A stretch of DNA of 64,000 nt from an uncultured delta proteobacterium (GTDB lineage Bacteria > Desulfobacterota > Desulfobacteria > Desulfobacterales > JAFDCJ01), in contig CAVYNY010000013.1 of assembly GCA_963769935.1 (NCBI GenBank), positions 96,001 through 160,000 on the forward strand. Reading direction: 5' to 3'. Below the pieces are notes generated by a model. It had not been told where the DNA came from. It did not search any database and saw nothing but the letters and a program-made list of their open reading frames with translations. Made by a program: the position numbers and the translations under genes. Positions 63,684 to 64,000 of this stretch are shown piece by piece (the stretch's first letter is position 1; every line of letters begins with the position of its first letter).

Positions 63684-63945
63684 GCTTATCCTCCAGATAG
63701 AGAATCAATCTTACTGGTAAGACTATATGGCGCACCTGTTTAAAAAGCAAGCCGTATTTTATTTTCTCAAGCGAACGTTGAGATTAAAAGTGGCGGAGGG
63801 GGCGAAGGAGCCGTTCGTGCAGAGCTTGCAAAAAAAAACTTCCGAAAAATATAAAATATAGATGATGTAAATTATATAATACCATCCAAAGCCGCAGGAT
63901 ATCGGTCGACCGCAAAACCTTTGATATGTCCGACAACTGTGCGGG

Positions 63946-64000
63946 CTTCAACGTTTTTAATGACCGGTGCTGTCAGGTGTCGGTTGATTAATTTGTTAGC
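63946..64000. repeat. attC-like imperfect palindrome at the window edge
   Basis: cttcAAC-gtttttaatgaccgg ... tcggttgattaattt-GTTagc; the arms are approximately complementary with AAC/GTT ends. Confidence 0.45.

Overview
Gene-dense bacterial chromosomal window. Gene content (Tat-exported Sec-formate dehydrogenase, PrxU, AbfD-like dehydratase) and the degenerate short intergenic repeats suggest an anaerobic deltaproteobacterium (Desulfobacterota-like); this is an inference. It holds three branched-chain-type ABC systems, amino-acid catabolism (ornithine cyclodeaminase family, PutA, IlvE), NAD salvage (pncA, pncB, nadK), the SAM cycle (metK, ahcY), fdhABE, a DsbD-type protein and several deletion-scarred pseudogenes. 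Four genes contain an in-frame UGA followed by a SECIS-like hairpin, so the ORF track splits or misses them: prxU, an AhpD/CMD-like CxxU protein, fdhA, and an unlisted 99-aa exported protein at 10080-10379 (-). The last is the top finding. Its putative Sec aligns without gaps to the catalytic Cys of the neighbouring MsrA domain. It lies directly upstream of a signal-peptide-bearing msrAB and downstream of four 11-bp-spaced OmpR-type boxes and an OmpR-family two-component system, suggesting a regulated periplasmic selenoprotein/MsrAB oxidative-repair module. Family names come from motif recognition; no database searches were run.
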